64,000 bases of DNA from Octopus sinensis (GCF_006345805.1 NC_043012.1:28644001-28708000); one strand, 5' to 3'. Shown: positions 51,940-64,000, numbered from the stretch's first letter. Numbers and translations are program-made. Notes: a model not told the origin generated them from the sequence alone.

Positions 51940-54900
51940 GAAAAAGAGATAGAGAAAGTGAGCGGGAGAAAGATAATTCATTGTTCTAGACCAGAATTTC
52001 AACTGGATATTCTTGATTACTTTTCGATTAGATACGAAGAAGATACTGTTATAGGAACCGAACATTGCAGTCATGTAACCTATGAACCCAACATTGTCTA
52101 ACGTTCTGTTCATTTTGCAGTGCCTATCATGATAGGTTTTGTACAGTGCAGACGTATGTAATGTGTGTTCAATTCGAGATTTTCTAGCACAAATCGCTAA
52201 GAGAGTACATTTGCGATTTTCTCACAGTTTCGACCTTTCCGTGTCTCGTTTGATGTCGATACTATAAATTCTTATGTTCTTTGAACAATATGATGGTATA
52301 TATTTTACCTACAAGATGGCCGATATTTTACCTGCTAATCATAGTCATGATTGTGTATTTTTTAATGAGACACCACCATGAAAAACCACACATATAAGCA
52401 GCCAGGATGGTGTTTGTAGATGTTCTTTCGTAAAACACTTTTGAGCGGTGTAGTTTCAGACAGCAATCTTAAACTTACTCTACAATATATTCCAAAGTAT
52501 ATTCATATACATACATAGATGTAAATACATATATGCGTATACATGTCTATGTGTGTATGTGTGTATGTATGTATGTAAGGTGTATACATTTATATACTTA
52601 TATATATATAAACACTTACGCATACATATATACGTGTTACGTAATATATACATACATACATACAAACATACATACCATACATACCATACATACATACATA
52701 CATACATACATACATACATACATACCATACATACATACATATGTAGACCTTTAATGAAGCTGATTCTATAAATATAGCGTGGTATCTTATGCAATCAATT
52801 TGATAACAATAGCAATTCATCAGAGTTACACCAATGACTGTATTTTGCACGGCCTTTAGTGAAACCCATGATTAGTTGCTCAGAACTGAAACCTGATAAA
52901 ACCCAATGGATTGAAACGCATCAATGTTCCATATTTATGAATCTTGATTCAATCTCTAGCAAACGACTGTGGGCTGTGTACACAGAAATAGATAATTTTA
53001 TATATTTTACTAATTAGTACATTAGTTACATGGTATTTGTTTGAATTAAATATGTTGTCTTCTTGTGTGTAGCATATTGACCTCCACTAGTTCCAGTTCC
53101 ATGTTTGTGTTTCAATAAATCCTAGTGAAAAGGAATTTTGAAAGATCTAAGTTGGTATTTAGTCTCACTTTTCTTCAGTGTGACTATAAAAATGGCCCTC
53201 ACACTCTCATAAGTCAAGCCACATTCACTCACACACACAATGGTCAGTAAAGTTACGATAAACAATCGTAGCCTTCACTATTAGATATTTTAATAGTGTT
53301 TAGAATCTTACATTGCATCATTCCTGCACACTGTCTCTGAACAGTGCCTTTCAAAATGTTCCATCTGCCTCTATTCTTGTAGTCGCACGAACAGGTTAAT
53401 CGTTGATACATTTCTATGCCGCTAGAAGGAACTCTTCAACAATTTAAGGTGAATTAACTTTTCCCTTTATTTATTAATTTTTTTATTGTGAAATGTCGCG
53501 GTCCTGGTTTTAGGCTCACCACTCCATACATATCGCAAGACTACAGCAAACAGATATGAAAAATATATTATGTTTACACTGTTTTATATGCGACTACTCC
53601 AACAGACATGCTCTAAGGTTTCTCAATTTCCTAGAAATAGCAGTACTATTTCCCTTAAATCGCCTTTTCTATCTTAAATATATTAAAAACAGGATTTGAG
53701 TAGATAATCTAATTCTAACATAGGGTACTGTTGCATTGTTGTTGTTCATGGGTCAGTGCGACAAGGGTTGAATTAGAGTTTAACAACAACTCCAGCAATA
53801 AAAACAACAGAGCCGATAGGAATGCATGTCTATAGCGACACCAGAAGAATATTATACAGAATGCTGTTCTCAAACTATAGAACTCGAATAAAAATGTTCT
53901 CCTGAGTTACTTCAGCATGCCACAGCAATTGGCGAGATGTCTTCCAGGAAACTAATTTAAGCTATTAATTAAACAAAAGTAATGATTAAAGTCAAGCAAT
54001 TTAAAAAAAAAAAAGCAACATTAATCCAACAAAACTCCCCAAAATGAATACACTGAAGAACAATCCTTAATGATATAATATGTAATAAAATGTTTATTAA
54101 AAATGTCAGTAAGTGATTTGTATGGAAAGGGTTAGGCATGCATTGGTTTTATTGAATACGTATGAAATGGTTCGAATTAGAAGTTTTCAATTGATATTTC
54201 ATTATGCCAGCGCATCGAATCTGTGAATGCGTGCGTTTTTAGTTGCTGAAATTTCTGCAGAACAAATGTAGCTAGTGTGTATATATTTATACACACTATC
54301 ATTTGCATATCATTTGAAGCATACAAACAAATAATGATGCACGAGAATGGTATGTGATATTAACAAGTATGTATCATTATGTGTGCTTGTGTATGTAGGT
54401 ATATAGGTCTCTGCATGTGTGTATATATGTGTATATGTCAAATATGTGTATATATAAATGTATAACAGAACATTCCCGAAGATTTGAGTAAAAACTGTTT
54501 TAAAATTAATTTGACTTAAATTGATTTAATTTAAAATCATTATCACAATTATCTAGGTATACATTTGATGGCGTTTATGTTAATAAAACAGCTTCTTAAT
54601 AAAATTAAACAATGATCTATATGCGAAATATATACTTTTAAGCTTTCATGCTAAATGTGTTGCTCTTTAAGATCGTTTTAGCCGTGTATGTATATGCATA
54701 CAAGTCGGTCTTACTTGGAATTACTGCAATGTAGTAACCTGTCGTAGTTTAATGACCTGTTGTCAATTCGGTTCTTTATAACTGTGGATTTATTCTTCCA
54801 ATTTTATACATCAATTCACAATCTGTGTATATTTGTGTGTGTGTGTATACATATATATTCATGTATATATAAATTTGTATATTAATACATATGTATACTC

Positions 54901-55055
54901 ATGTATATATATATATATATAATAATAAATATTAGGGAATAAATCCAAAAACAGGGAAAAAATCAGATTTAGGATTAAATTCAATTTTATAGTAAAATAT
55001 TATATAATATTAATTCGAGACTTCATAAATTGAAACTGATTTGAAAATCGGAAAT

Positions 55056-55099
55056 CCACCTGACGAATGTCATTTGAAGACATGAAACGATTGTAGTGG
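55056..55099 (+). ncRNA. Compact minimal type-I hammerhead ribozyme motif with fully canonical core
   Basis: CCAC-CTGACGA-ATGTC-atttgaa-GACAT-GAAAC-gatt-GT-A-GTGG. Confidence 0.8.
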
Positions 55100-55183
55100 C
55101 GGTTTATTTATTTTATATTAAAATTTTATGTATTGATTAAGTCTTTCCTTGTTTGTTTTGCAAAATAGTGGTTTTGTCTCGAA

Positions 55184-55252
<69 letters not shown>

Positions 55253-55256
55253 CTTT

Positions 55257-55328
<72 letters not shown>

Positions 55329-55334
55329 ATATAT

Positions 55335-55660
55335 AAGAATAAAGAGTTTTGAATGGTACAACAATGCACTATAATACAGACAATGGGCTATTAATACCTG
55401 TTGTAATTTAGTAATCCATAGTCTGATATGATATTTCGGAATAATATTCCTTCTTCGGATATTCTTAGATGGAGTCGCTGCAATATTCGGTTTTCTAACT
55501 TAGAAAACCCATTATAGCAGCGACTCCATCTAAGAATATCTGAAGAAAGAATATTATTCCGAAATATCATATCAGACTATGGATGACTAAATTACAACAG
55601 GTATTAATAGCCCATTGTCTGTATTATAGTGCATTGTACCATTCAAAACTCTTTATTCTT
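55335..55660. repeat. Large imperfect palindrome (~160-bp arms) centred on 55499, next to (TA)n
   Basis: Arms are reverse-complementary; central hairpin ggttttctaa-c-ttagaaaacc. Confidence 0.95.
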
Positions 55661-55697
55661 TACAAACAATACACAATGCTTCAAGCAGACTATAATA

Positions 55698-55793
<96 letters not shown>

Positions 55794-55939
55794 TATGGGT
55801 GGACAGGGGAAAATGCGAGACCATATTCGTATGTTTTGAATTCGTTAGTACTGGTATTGAATATAGTCTGTCTGATGTTACTCGAATCAGATAGGTATGT
55901 TTAATTTTTTCAGTGCTCTCAAATTTAAAAGTTTGAAAT

Positions 55940-56022
55940 CTTGTGCTGATGAAGGGAATGATAGAATGAAAATGTGAATATTGCATTTTCATATCTATCT
56001 AACTCAGAAACGCGTCCACAGG
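55940..56022 (+). ncRNA. Type-I hammerhead ribozyme motif with long stem II
   Basis: CTTGTG/CACAGG stem I, CTGATGA, stem II GATAGA/TCTATC + ATGAAAATG/CATTTTCAT (A.A mismatch at its base), GAAAC-GC-GT-C. Confidence 0.6.
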
Positions 56023-56297
56023 TAATCAAATACAGAGTTGGTTTTCATGGTTTTTTTCCCCCTATGCCTACGTGGATTGTTTTGAGTATAATATGTTGTC
56101 TGGGAGTTGCTTCTTATAGTAGAAGAAATAGCTAAGTTTTTTGGCTGCTATTTCTAAAGTTCGGTAATTATAATTATACCCATAATTATATAAAAATATT
56201 GTTTAAGTTTACCGTAAATGGTCCTTTTAAGATGCCGAATACTACTTGGTGGAATTATTAATTACTAATTAATTAATCTTACCCTTTATTATTATTG

Positions 56298-56369
<72 letters not shown>

Positions 56370-57099
56370 TATATATATATATACATACATGCACAAACAT
56401 GTATATATACTATATCTATGCATAATACATGCAAATCAGAAGAACTGAAACAAATTTCAATACAAGCCTCAGTGTAGGTAAATAAATTCATGCATGATTA
56501 ACTAACAACCAACTGCCAAAAGTACAAATATGCTAATTAGGCTGTCCAGGCGATGCTAGCATAATTCATAATTGCTTTGTACACATTAGGTCTAGGCCAC
56601 TGGTTGAGAAGGAAGCTTGGTCAATCTTCTCCCGGGAGTGGTCAACAAGTTGTCAAACTTCGTCTTCTTTCTTTTCTTTTTTATGGCACACCAAAAATAT
56701 GCGCTGTATTTTACTAGTGTAATATATTTAGACACTTCTGTACGCCGTTCACTATATACATATATTTCTATCATATATACATTTCAAAGTTGTGCGAAGA
56801 AGCTACCATATCCACAAGTGTAAAAGAAAACAAATAACTATGCAGCTAACAATACACACATGCCTACATACACATAGCATACATACATACACACGCTCAT
56901 ATAATAGGAGATATATATATGCAAACATGTATCCATATGTGCACCTACATGTGATCAAAAAGTCTATAGAAACTGAGGTTGGTCTCTCTCTCATTCTTTC
57001 TTTCTTTCTTTCTGTCTGTCTGCCTGTCTCACTCTTTTTATACACATAACCACACATACGCATGCGCACAAACATATATATGCAACAGGTTTCTTTTAG

Positions 57100-57215
57100 T
57101 TGCCGTTAACTATATTCATTCACAAGGCTCAGTAGTAAAAAAGGCATTCGCTCAAGATGCCACGCAGTGGGACTGAACCCTGCACTATGGGAAGCAAATG
57201 TCCTACCAAACTGTT
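57100..57215 (-). mobile_element. SINE head fragment
   Basis: cattcacaaggc...gctcaagatgccacgcagtgggactgaaccc. Confidence 0.7.
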
Positions 57216-57233
57216 ACACCGTTCATATATAAA

Positions 57234-57392
57234 TGTGATGATCTGGGGGTTATATCTTGGAAATCCGCTGGCCCAATGGTTTCCCTTTATGGCAGAATTA
57301 ATTGTCAAGACAATTTAAGCATTTAATCTGATGAAATACACCCTATAATTGCAGAACTGTTCCGTAAGGAAACGCAATCTTTCAGAATGATA
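57234..57392 (+). repeat. Isolated copy of an internal Tc1 segment (matches 58365-58523)
   Basis: 159-bp direct repeat with a few mismatches. Confidence 0.85.
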
Positions 57393-57610
57393 TATATATA
57401 AATGCGCGCGTGTGTGTGTGTGCCAACGCACGAAACTCTCGGGCATGAGTTACTCTCTTACTTCTGCTAAATATTAATATATAGAATGTGCAAATCTTTA
57501 GCCTGGCTCAAGAGTCATACAAGGGTCTCACGTTGCTTCATCAAGGATATATCTCAGTGATTCATTCTAGCTATGGTTTTGCTCGTATACGAGAAAGCAG
57601 CTACTATATA

Positions 57611-58555
57611 CAGGGGTCGGACAAAATAATGGAAACACCTAGCATCATAGCATCATAATTTTCAAATATCTATAAAACCGTAAAAAGCTTGTTTATTTTT
57701 ATGTTTTTGATTTATTATTAATGCTGCTTAATATGTTTTGCTAAAACTGCTATTTCTTTTAGATATCATCAGAAAAAGGTTATTAAAATTCAATATAATG
57801 ACAGATCTATCGGAGTTTCAAAGAGCTCAAATTTTTGGTGCTCATATGGCAGGCGCTAGCGTAACGAAAACAGCCGAAATGTTTGGTGTATCAAGAAGTT
57901 CTGTCTCCAAAGTAATGACAGCCTTGGAGAAAGAGTAAAAAACTTCCTCGTCGAAACAAAGCTCTGGAAGAAAACCAAAACTTTCAGATAGGGACCATCA
58001 GACGCTTATGCGAATTGTCAGAAAGAATCACAAAAGTACAGCTCCCAATTACTGCAGAGCTTCATGATCATCTCGAGAACCCACTTTCCACAAAAACTGT
58101 TCGCTGGGAGCCGCACAAAGCTGAATTTCACGGGAGGGCTGCAAACAGAAAACTACTATTTTCAAAAACAAACGTTGCAAAGCATTTAGAGTGGAGCAAA
58201 AACCTACAGAATTGGTCCCTATAGTAGTACAAGAATGTTATTTTCTCGGACGAGTCAACCTTTATCTTATTTCCGACCACCGGCCAAGTATACGTATGGA
58301 GACAACCAAAAGAAGTATTTGACCCAGACTGCCTTCTTTCAATTGTTAAACATGGAGGAGGATCTGTGATGATCTGGGGATTATATCTTGGAAATCCGCT
58401 GGCCCAATGGTTTCCCTTTATGGCAGAATTAATTGTCAAGACAATTTAAGAATTTAATCTGATGAAATACATCATATGATTACAGAACTGTTCCGTAAGG
58501 AAACGCAATCTTTCAGAATGATAATGCACCAATTCACACAGCTAAAGTTGTTACT
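57611..58555 (+). mobile_element. Tc1-family transposon, decayed and 3'-truncated
   Basis: TA|caggggtcggacaaaataatggaaacacc TIR; MTDLSEFQRAQIFGAHMAGASVTKTAEMFGVSRS (HTH), VIFSDESTF, VKHGGGSVMIWG, QNDNAPIHTAK (DD34E-type). Confidence 0.9.
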
Positions 58556-58599
58556 GCCGTATACGTAGGACGTATTCTATCTCTCTCTTGTATCTTTTC

Positions 58600-58889
58600 T
58601 CTTGTCAAAGAAAATATTTTCCCAGCGTTCGTTATTTTACCTTCGATCCTCCATGTTTGTCTTCGTTTAGTTTCCTTGTATGTCTCCACTGTCCTGCTTT
58701 GTTCCCAACTTTGAGAAGTAGATTGACAGCCGACAACTGATGTAGGGTCGTCTTTTATGTTACTTGTTCTGTTTTCCATTTGTTTCTCTCGTTGTTTGCG
58801 TATTGAATTCATTTGTTTTCGTATTTCATGTTGTTTACTGTTGGTGACGTCCTGTACCCATATATGCATATGTATATATATGTATATGC

Positions 58890-58935
<46 letters not shown>

Positions 58936-59328
58936 AAGGGAATTTGAACCATAACTGCGAGTATAATCGACTAAACCACACGTATGTTTGACGTTATGTT
59001 AAAATTTGGCGTGCGGCGTAGTAAATTGTATTCAAGACAAATTCTACTGATGAACTATGGATATGTTATGAAAGTAAAATTGCATAATACATTAATAGCG
59101 AAACAATTGTCTAGAATTAATCTGCATTTTTGTTATTTTTCATTTGCCCTGCTCGTTTACGTTAAAAGTTGTGCTAATTCTCCTTGGAAACAATTTTTGG
59201 TGGCTGAGACCATAGCGGATCTATTTTTAGCGCAAGAGTCGACCACATATCGGACATTCTCTTATATTTGTATATATATATATATATATAATATATGTAT
59301 ATATATATATATGTATGTATGTATATAT

Positions 59329-59382
<54 letters not shown>

Positions 59383-59800
59383 TAAATAATATATATATAT
59401 ATATGCATATATGCATACGTATATGTGCATACATCTATACGTATATACATCTATACATACATCTATCCATATGTGGGTACGGGATGTCACGAAACCTGTA
59501 CAACAAAACTACACATTACAAGTACATGGAATATGAACTATTTTTCGAACAAAGAAAAACACAAATGGAAAACAAAACAAACAGCACAAAAAACGACCCT
59601 TCATCAGTTGTTGGCTGTTTTTCTACTCTCGTATTTCGAGCATTTAACAACAAGATACGCTTTCGATGAAACAGTTGCCCCCGCAAAGCAAATTAAATAG
59701 AATTTGGGATTTTGCGGAGGGTCAAATTTGGTAACACAAACAAACAGTGAAAACAAACAGGAAGGGCTGCTAATCCTAAATGAGGTTGTGGGGGCGAACG
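58600..59800. repeat. Two inverted copies of one dispersed (probably PLE-terminal) repeat: ~58600-58850 (+) and ~59470-59800 (-)
   Basis: Shared cagcc.acaactgatg.agggtcgt.ttt...tgttttccatttgt. Confidence 0.55.
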
Positions 59801-59862
59801 CGTAAATCAAGCTCGGACTCACACACATACACACACACATTCACACACATACACACACACAT

Positions 59863-59896
<34 letters not shown>

Positions 59897-60235
59897 CGTG
59901 GCCCTCCGTCGGTTACGACGACGAGGGTTTCAGTTGATCCGATCAACGGAACAGCCTGCTCAGGAAATTAACGTGTAAGTGGCTGAGCACTCCACAGACA
60001 AGTGTACGTTTAAAGTAGTTTTCGGGGAGATTCAGCGCGACACATTGTGTGACAAGGCTGGCCTTTTGAAATACAGGTACAACAGAAACAGGAAGAAAAA
60101 GAGTGAGAGAAAATTGTGATGAAAGAATACAGCAGGGCTCAACCCCCCTGCCGGAGCCTCGTGGATATTTAGGTGTTTTCGCTTAATAAATACTCACAAC
60201 ACCCTGTCTGAGAATCGAAACCACGATCCTATTCA
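59897..60235 (-). mobile_element. tRNA-head SINE of another family
   Basis: Minus head ...gatcgtggtttcgattctcagacaggg (B-box-like); body gtggagtgctcagccactt...gttccgttgatcggatcaactg. Confidence 0.55.
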
Positions 60236-60971
60236 CTGGGCCTTTGCGCCTCCACACACACACACACACAGAGTTATATTTGGGGACGGTCATCTTTTAC
60301 TAATGAAATACACGCACTATTTACTTGATGTTCACTTTAGGTTACTTGTTTCTTTGTCGGAGTTCTTTCGATAAATATTCTATTCCATCTTCAACGACTT
60401 TGTGTCCCTCTTGGTCTCTCCTTCTCTCTGGCCTTGTTTTGTCTATTCCATTTTGTCATTCCATAAGGGGACAGCGTATAGCATAGGTGAGAGAATGAGT
60501 AAACAGTGGTGGGAACTCGTTAGTGCCTTACCAATTAGGGTATGGAGGCTCAGTTGATAACATAGATGTTAGGATCTTATCAATGCATAGAACAGTTACA
60601 ACACTCAGACAAATTATGTAGGTCATACACGCGATAGAAAATAGAAATGGCTCAAGAGAACAGGTAATTGGAGTAATAACACCCCACACCACCCTACCAC
60701 ACTACGCAGCACGATGACTAAAGACAGAATGAAGAAAAATTAATGGCACAGAAACAAACAGTGTAATATTGAAATAGATATACACGCATACAAAATAGAA
60801 TAAACAGGACAAGTCCAGAGAGAAGACGAGACACAAGGGACAGAAACTCACTGAAGAGGTCACTGAGTGTCAGACGAAAGAACTCTGACAAATAAACTAC
60901 TATTAATAAGAATAATTCTTTCTACAGTTGAACATTTTGCCCGGCATCCTAACGAGTCTTCCAGAATGCCG

Positions 60972-60975
<4 letters not shown>

Positions 60976-61052
<77 letters not shown>

Positions 61053-61054
61053 TG

Positions 61055-61099
<45 letters not shown>

Positions 61100-61110
61100 T
61101 ATAATAATAA
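60976..61110. repeat. (TAA)n microsatellite
   Basis: Direct reading. Confidence 0.95.
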
Positions 61111-61770
61111 TATATGTGGAGATGGACAAGAAACAATAAATCATATTATCTCTAGCTGCCCAGTCCTAGCTAAGAAGGAATATATTCACAGACATGACAG
61201 AGTTGGAACCTACATACATTGGAATCTATGCCAACATTATGGAATAACAACAGAAAAAAGATGGTATAGGCACACACCAGAAAAGGTCACAGAAAGCGAG
61301 AAAGCAACCATACTCTGGGATATGCCGATACACACAGATAGAGAAATTAAGGCCAACAGACCAGATATAGTTGTCAGAGACCATGAAGAAAAAAAATGCT
61401 TTCTAATTGATGTATCAATACCGGCTGATGACAACGTGTCTCTAAAAGAAATGGAGAAACTCTCAAAATACAAAGACCTGGAAATAGAGGTAACTAGAAT
61501 GTGGAATCTGAAAACAGAAACAATTCCTATCATAGTAGGTGCATTAGGCATGATAAAAAAAATATTCAGACAAATACATAACAAAAACACCAGGACTTAC
61601 AAACACATATAACATACAGAAAATTGCACTACTAGGCACTGCACACATCCTACGCAGAACACTTTCCATACAATAACAATCAGAGCATCACAACAAATCA
61701 CAGCACATACCCAAGGCACACAGAGCTGCGCTCGGTAGTGAAGTGAAAGCACGCTATAAAAATAAAACTA

Positions 61771-61773
<3 letters not shown>
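61111..61773 (+). mobile_element. 5'-truncated R4/Dong LINE (CCHC finger + restriction-like endonuclease + 3' UTR) inserted in (TAA)n
   Basis: ICGDGQETINHIISSC...YIHRHDRV...RPDIVVRDHEEKKCFLIDVSIP...EKLSKYKDLEIEVTRMW...IPIIVGALG; followed directly by (aat)n from 61774. Confidence 0.92.
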
Positions 61774-61807
<34 letters not shown>

Positions 61808-61814
61808 TATTATA

Positions 61815-62460
61815 TTAATATAATTTGATATAATACAAAAACTATATGACATGTCTTTGCAACTTATGATTTATCTAATTTATTGCTGTGTCTTAAATGT
61901 AGGATTGAACTTAATTGTCCCGTACTTAAATTTAATTAATTTCTCGAAAGTAACTTTTACCTCATGAGGTAAATTCTCATTCCCTGCTTTCTAATTCATT
62001 CCTCGCTCTTCCTTCTCCTCCTCTCTTTCTCTCTCTGCCTCTCCCGGGAGAGTCCCAGTCAAAACACCGTAAGCTATGATTTTAATATAATACAAAGATA
62101 TATCTAAACAATATGTCACATGTCTGTGCAACTCTTAATTTATCTAATTTGCTGCTGTGTTTTAAGTGTAGAATTGAACTTAATTATCCCGTCTTCAAAT
62201 TTAATTAATTTCTCGAAAGTAACTTTTACCCCACGAACTATATTCTTATTACCCGCTCTCTAAATTCATTCCTCGCTCCCTCTTGCTCTCTCAGCCTCTC
62301 CCTCTCTGCAAAGCAAAAGTTTTAGTTGCTACTAAAACCACGCTGGATGTTTATTTACAACCGAGAGAGTCCTTCAGCCAAAACATCGTAAGCTATGATC
62401 TTAATATAATGCAAAGATATATCTAAAATATGACAAACCTCAGCAACTTTTAATTTATTT
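61815..62460. repeat. Diverged tandem repeat, ~270-320-bp unit, ~2.3 copies
   Basis: Recurrent taatataatacaaa...aaatttaattaatttctcgaaagtaacttttacc...aaaaca.cgtaagctatgat. Confidence 0.8.
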
Positions 62461-62789
62461 CTTGGCAGAATCTTTTCCAGTTTGGGCCGTAAGAAGCGCT
62501 GCAGTAGGCACCTTCTCTCAACGGTTATGCGCCCGCTTTACCCACTCCCTCTACCATCTTCCCCTTATCATTTTCCCTTATGTCCAATATCTACCTCACC
62601 TCCGTGTCTACAACCACTCCTAAGCAGTACTCCTATTCTCCCTGTCGATCTGAATTGATTATACTGAACTTGCTTTGTTAAATGGCTCCCTTCCCTCCCT
62701 AGTTGATCTTCCTTTCCTTTTCCTTTCATTTATTTCTCTCTCTCTCTCTCTTTCTTTCTCTCTTCTTTAATTTTTTCTTTTCTCTATTG

Positions 62790-64000
62790 ATGCCAAACCT
62801 ACAGAAGAGTAGGAAAGGGTGAGTATCCGGCGCTTTCAAATAACCAGTGCTCCGGGTAGGCTGTATTCTTTAGCCTCGGACGGCAATCATCCTAGGTAAC
62901 GGAACACTCTGAGTCCAAAACCAGGGGAGCAAATCTCTTTCGGCTTTGGCGGACAACCTCGATGGAGATGGTGTCTCGATAAAAATACCGGTTGGTAGTA
63001 ACCTAAAAACACACATCATTTGTGAGTGAAAATGTCAAGAAAAATACATGACGATAACGTTGTGAACGGGATTGGAACCACTGGTGAAGGTGCTGCACTC
63101 GGCAGGCACCCCACTGTGCAGCAGGGTGGGCCCGGTCTTAATCCCGCCACTACTAGCCATGCTACAAGACTTAAGTGGAGTAAACAAGTAAACAGTATGG
63201 TTATGGAGTGTTACTACCGGAGCACCCCAGTGGATTCGAATGGTGTGCCTGTCAGAGGGTACAGAAAACGAATGCACAGTGAATGGAAGGCAATGGAACA
63301 GTTCGAAATTACTGAACAGAGATTGTGCTACCAAACAAGAGCAATACGAAGGAATGGATGGTTAACAGAATTGGAGCTAGAAGCTATTAAAAGAAGGATA
63401 TCGGGTGGTGCTGGGCATCTGAGAAACGAAATTGGTATAGTGGAAGAGGTGGACACTTGCTCGCAAGAATATACTACAGTGAATTGTGAAAGAATTGGGA
63501 TCAGCGACTACTCAAACAATAAAGGTCGATTAATATTAGACAAGATTTGGGATTTATTAAATACAGAAGCATTATAATTTATGTGCAACTTCAAGAAAGC
63601 TAACCAATGGAGACTAAATCAAGAGACGGGTAAAGTGAATAGTGTATTAAAACACATCCAAACAAAGAACATCACACAAACAAATAATCTTATCCAGGCT
63701 GCAAAGTAGGATTGTGGCAGAAAGGATGGGATTGAGAACTTCTGAGTGACGGATAGAAGAGGAAATAAACAACCTTGGTGGAAAAGGAGAATTTCAGAAG
63801 ATATAAACTCTTTGAACAATGTAGTGTCAATATTTGTCAGGCAAAGAAATTCGAAAAAGTTAGAAAGAAGATACAATAGGCCTGAATGTTGTAATTGAAG
63901 AAATGAAGCAGCGCATACTTATAAAAAAAAAGCTAAGCTAACTAAGTTTGAACAACAGATTAAGCAATACCAGCAAAACAAATTGTTTAGAACCGACCAA
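62790..64000 (+). mobile_element. 5' part of an R4/Dong-like LINE (5' UTR and ORF N-terminus), continues beyond the window
   Basis: KWSKQVNSMVMECYYRS...GYRKRMHSEW...EQRLCYQTRAIRRNGWLTELELEAIKRRI, then PWWKRRI; homologous to the N-terminal region read in 2785-3567 (KPSWQERL). Confidence 0.75.

Noticed and set aside
44285-52170. Plus-strand splice-like signals at ~44285, ~48417 and ~52120
   Set aside because: Unrecognised short peptides on the opposite strand to other candidates; compatible with chance in AT-rich DNA.
52885-52930. CTGATAA...GAAACGCATC hammerhead-like motif
   Set aside because: G8 and 16.2 positions are mutated and the stems are weak.
58700-59660. CTGATGAAGGG motif as a type-II hammerhead
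   Set aside because: No coherent stem I or stem III could be built.

Overview
AT-rich eukaryotic DNA, dense in microsatellites. It is most consistent with intronic or intergenic Octopus (coleoid cephalopod) sequence; this is inferred from the tRNA-head CORE-type SINE families and the abundant (TA)n/(TACA)n/(TAA)n tracts. I recognise no intact host protein-coding gene, and most ORFs in the supplied track are microsatellite artefacts. The window is a graveyard of mobile elements: R4/Dong-type RLE LINEs (several in (TAA)n), Penelope-like elements (PLEs) with RT and GIY-YIG fragments, four Helitron coding remnants (three with a hairpin+CTAG 3' end), CR1, Tx1/L1, Gypsy integrase, Tc1 and mariner-like transposons, a Chapaev3-like transposon and many SINEs. 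The most notable signal is structured RNA. At least five well-formed minimal type-I hammerhead ribozyme (HHR) motifs with unrelated flanks lie at 11149, 39375, 40866, 55056 and 55940, with several degenerate ones besides. One sits inside a young 363-nt tandem unit with no recognisable coding content that resembles a non-LTR retrozyme. There are also several large fold-back palindromes, one with perfect 108-bp arms. Boundaries of decayed elements are approximate (about +/-20-50 bp). All folds were paired by eye; nothing was computed or database-searched.
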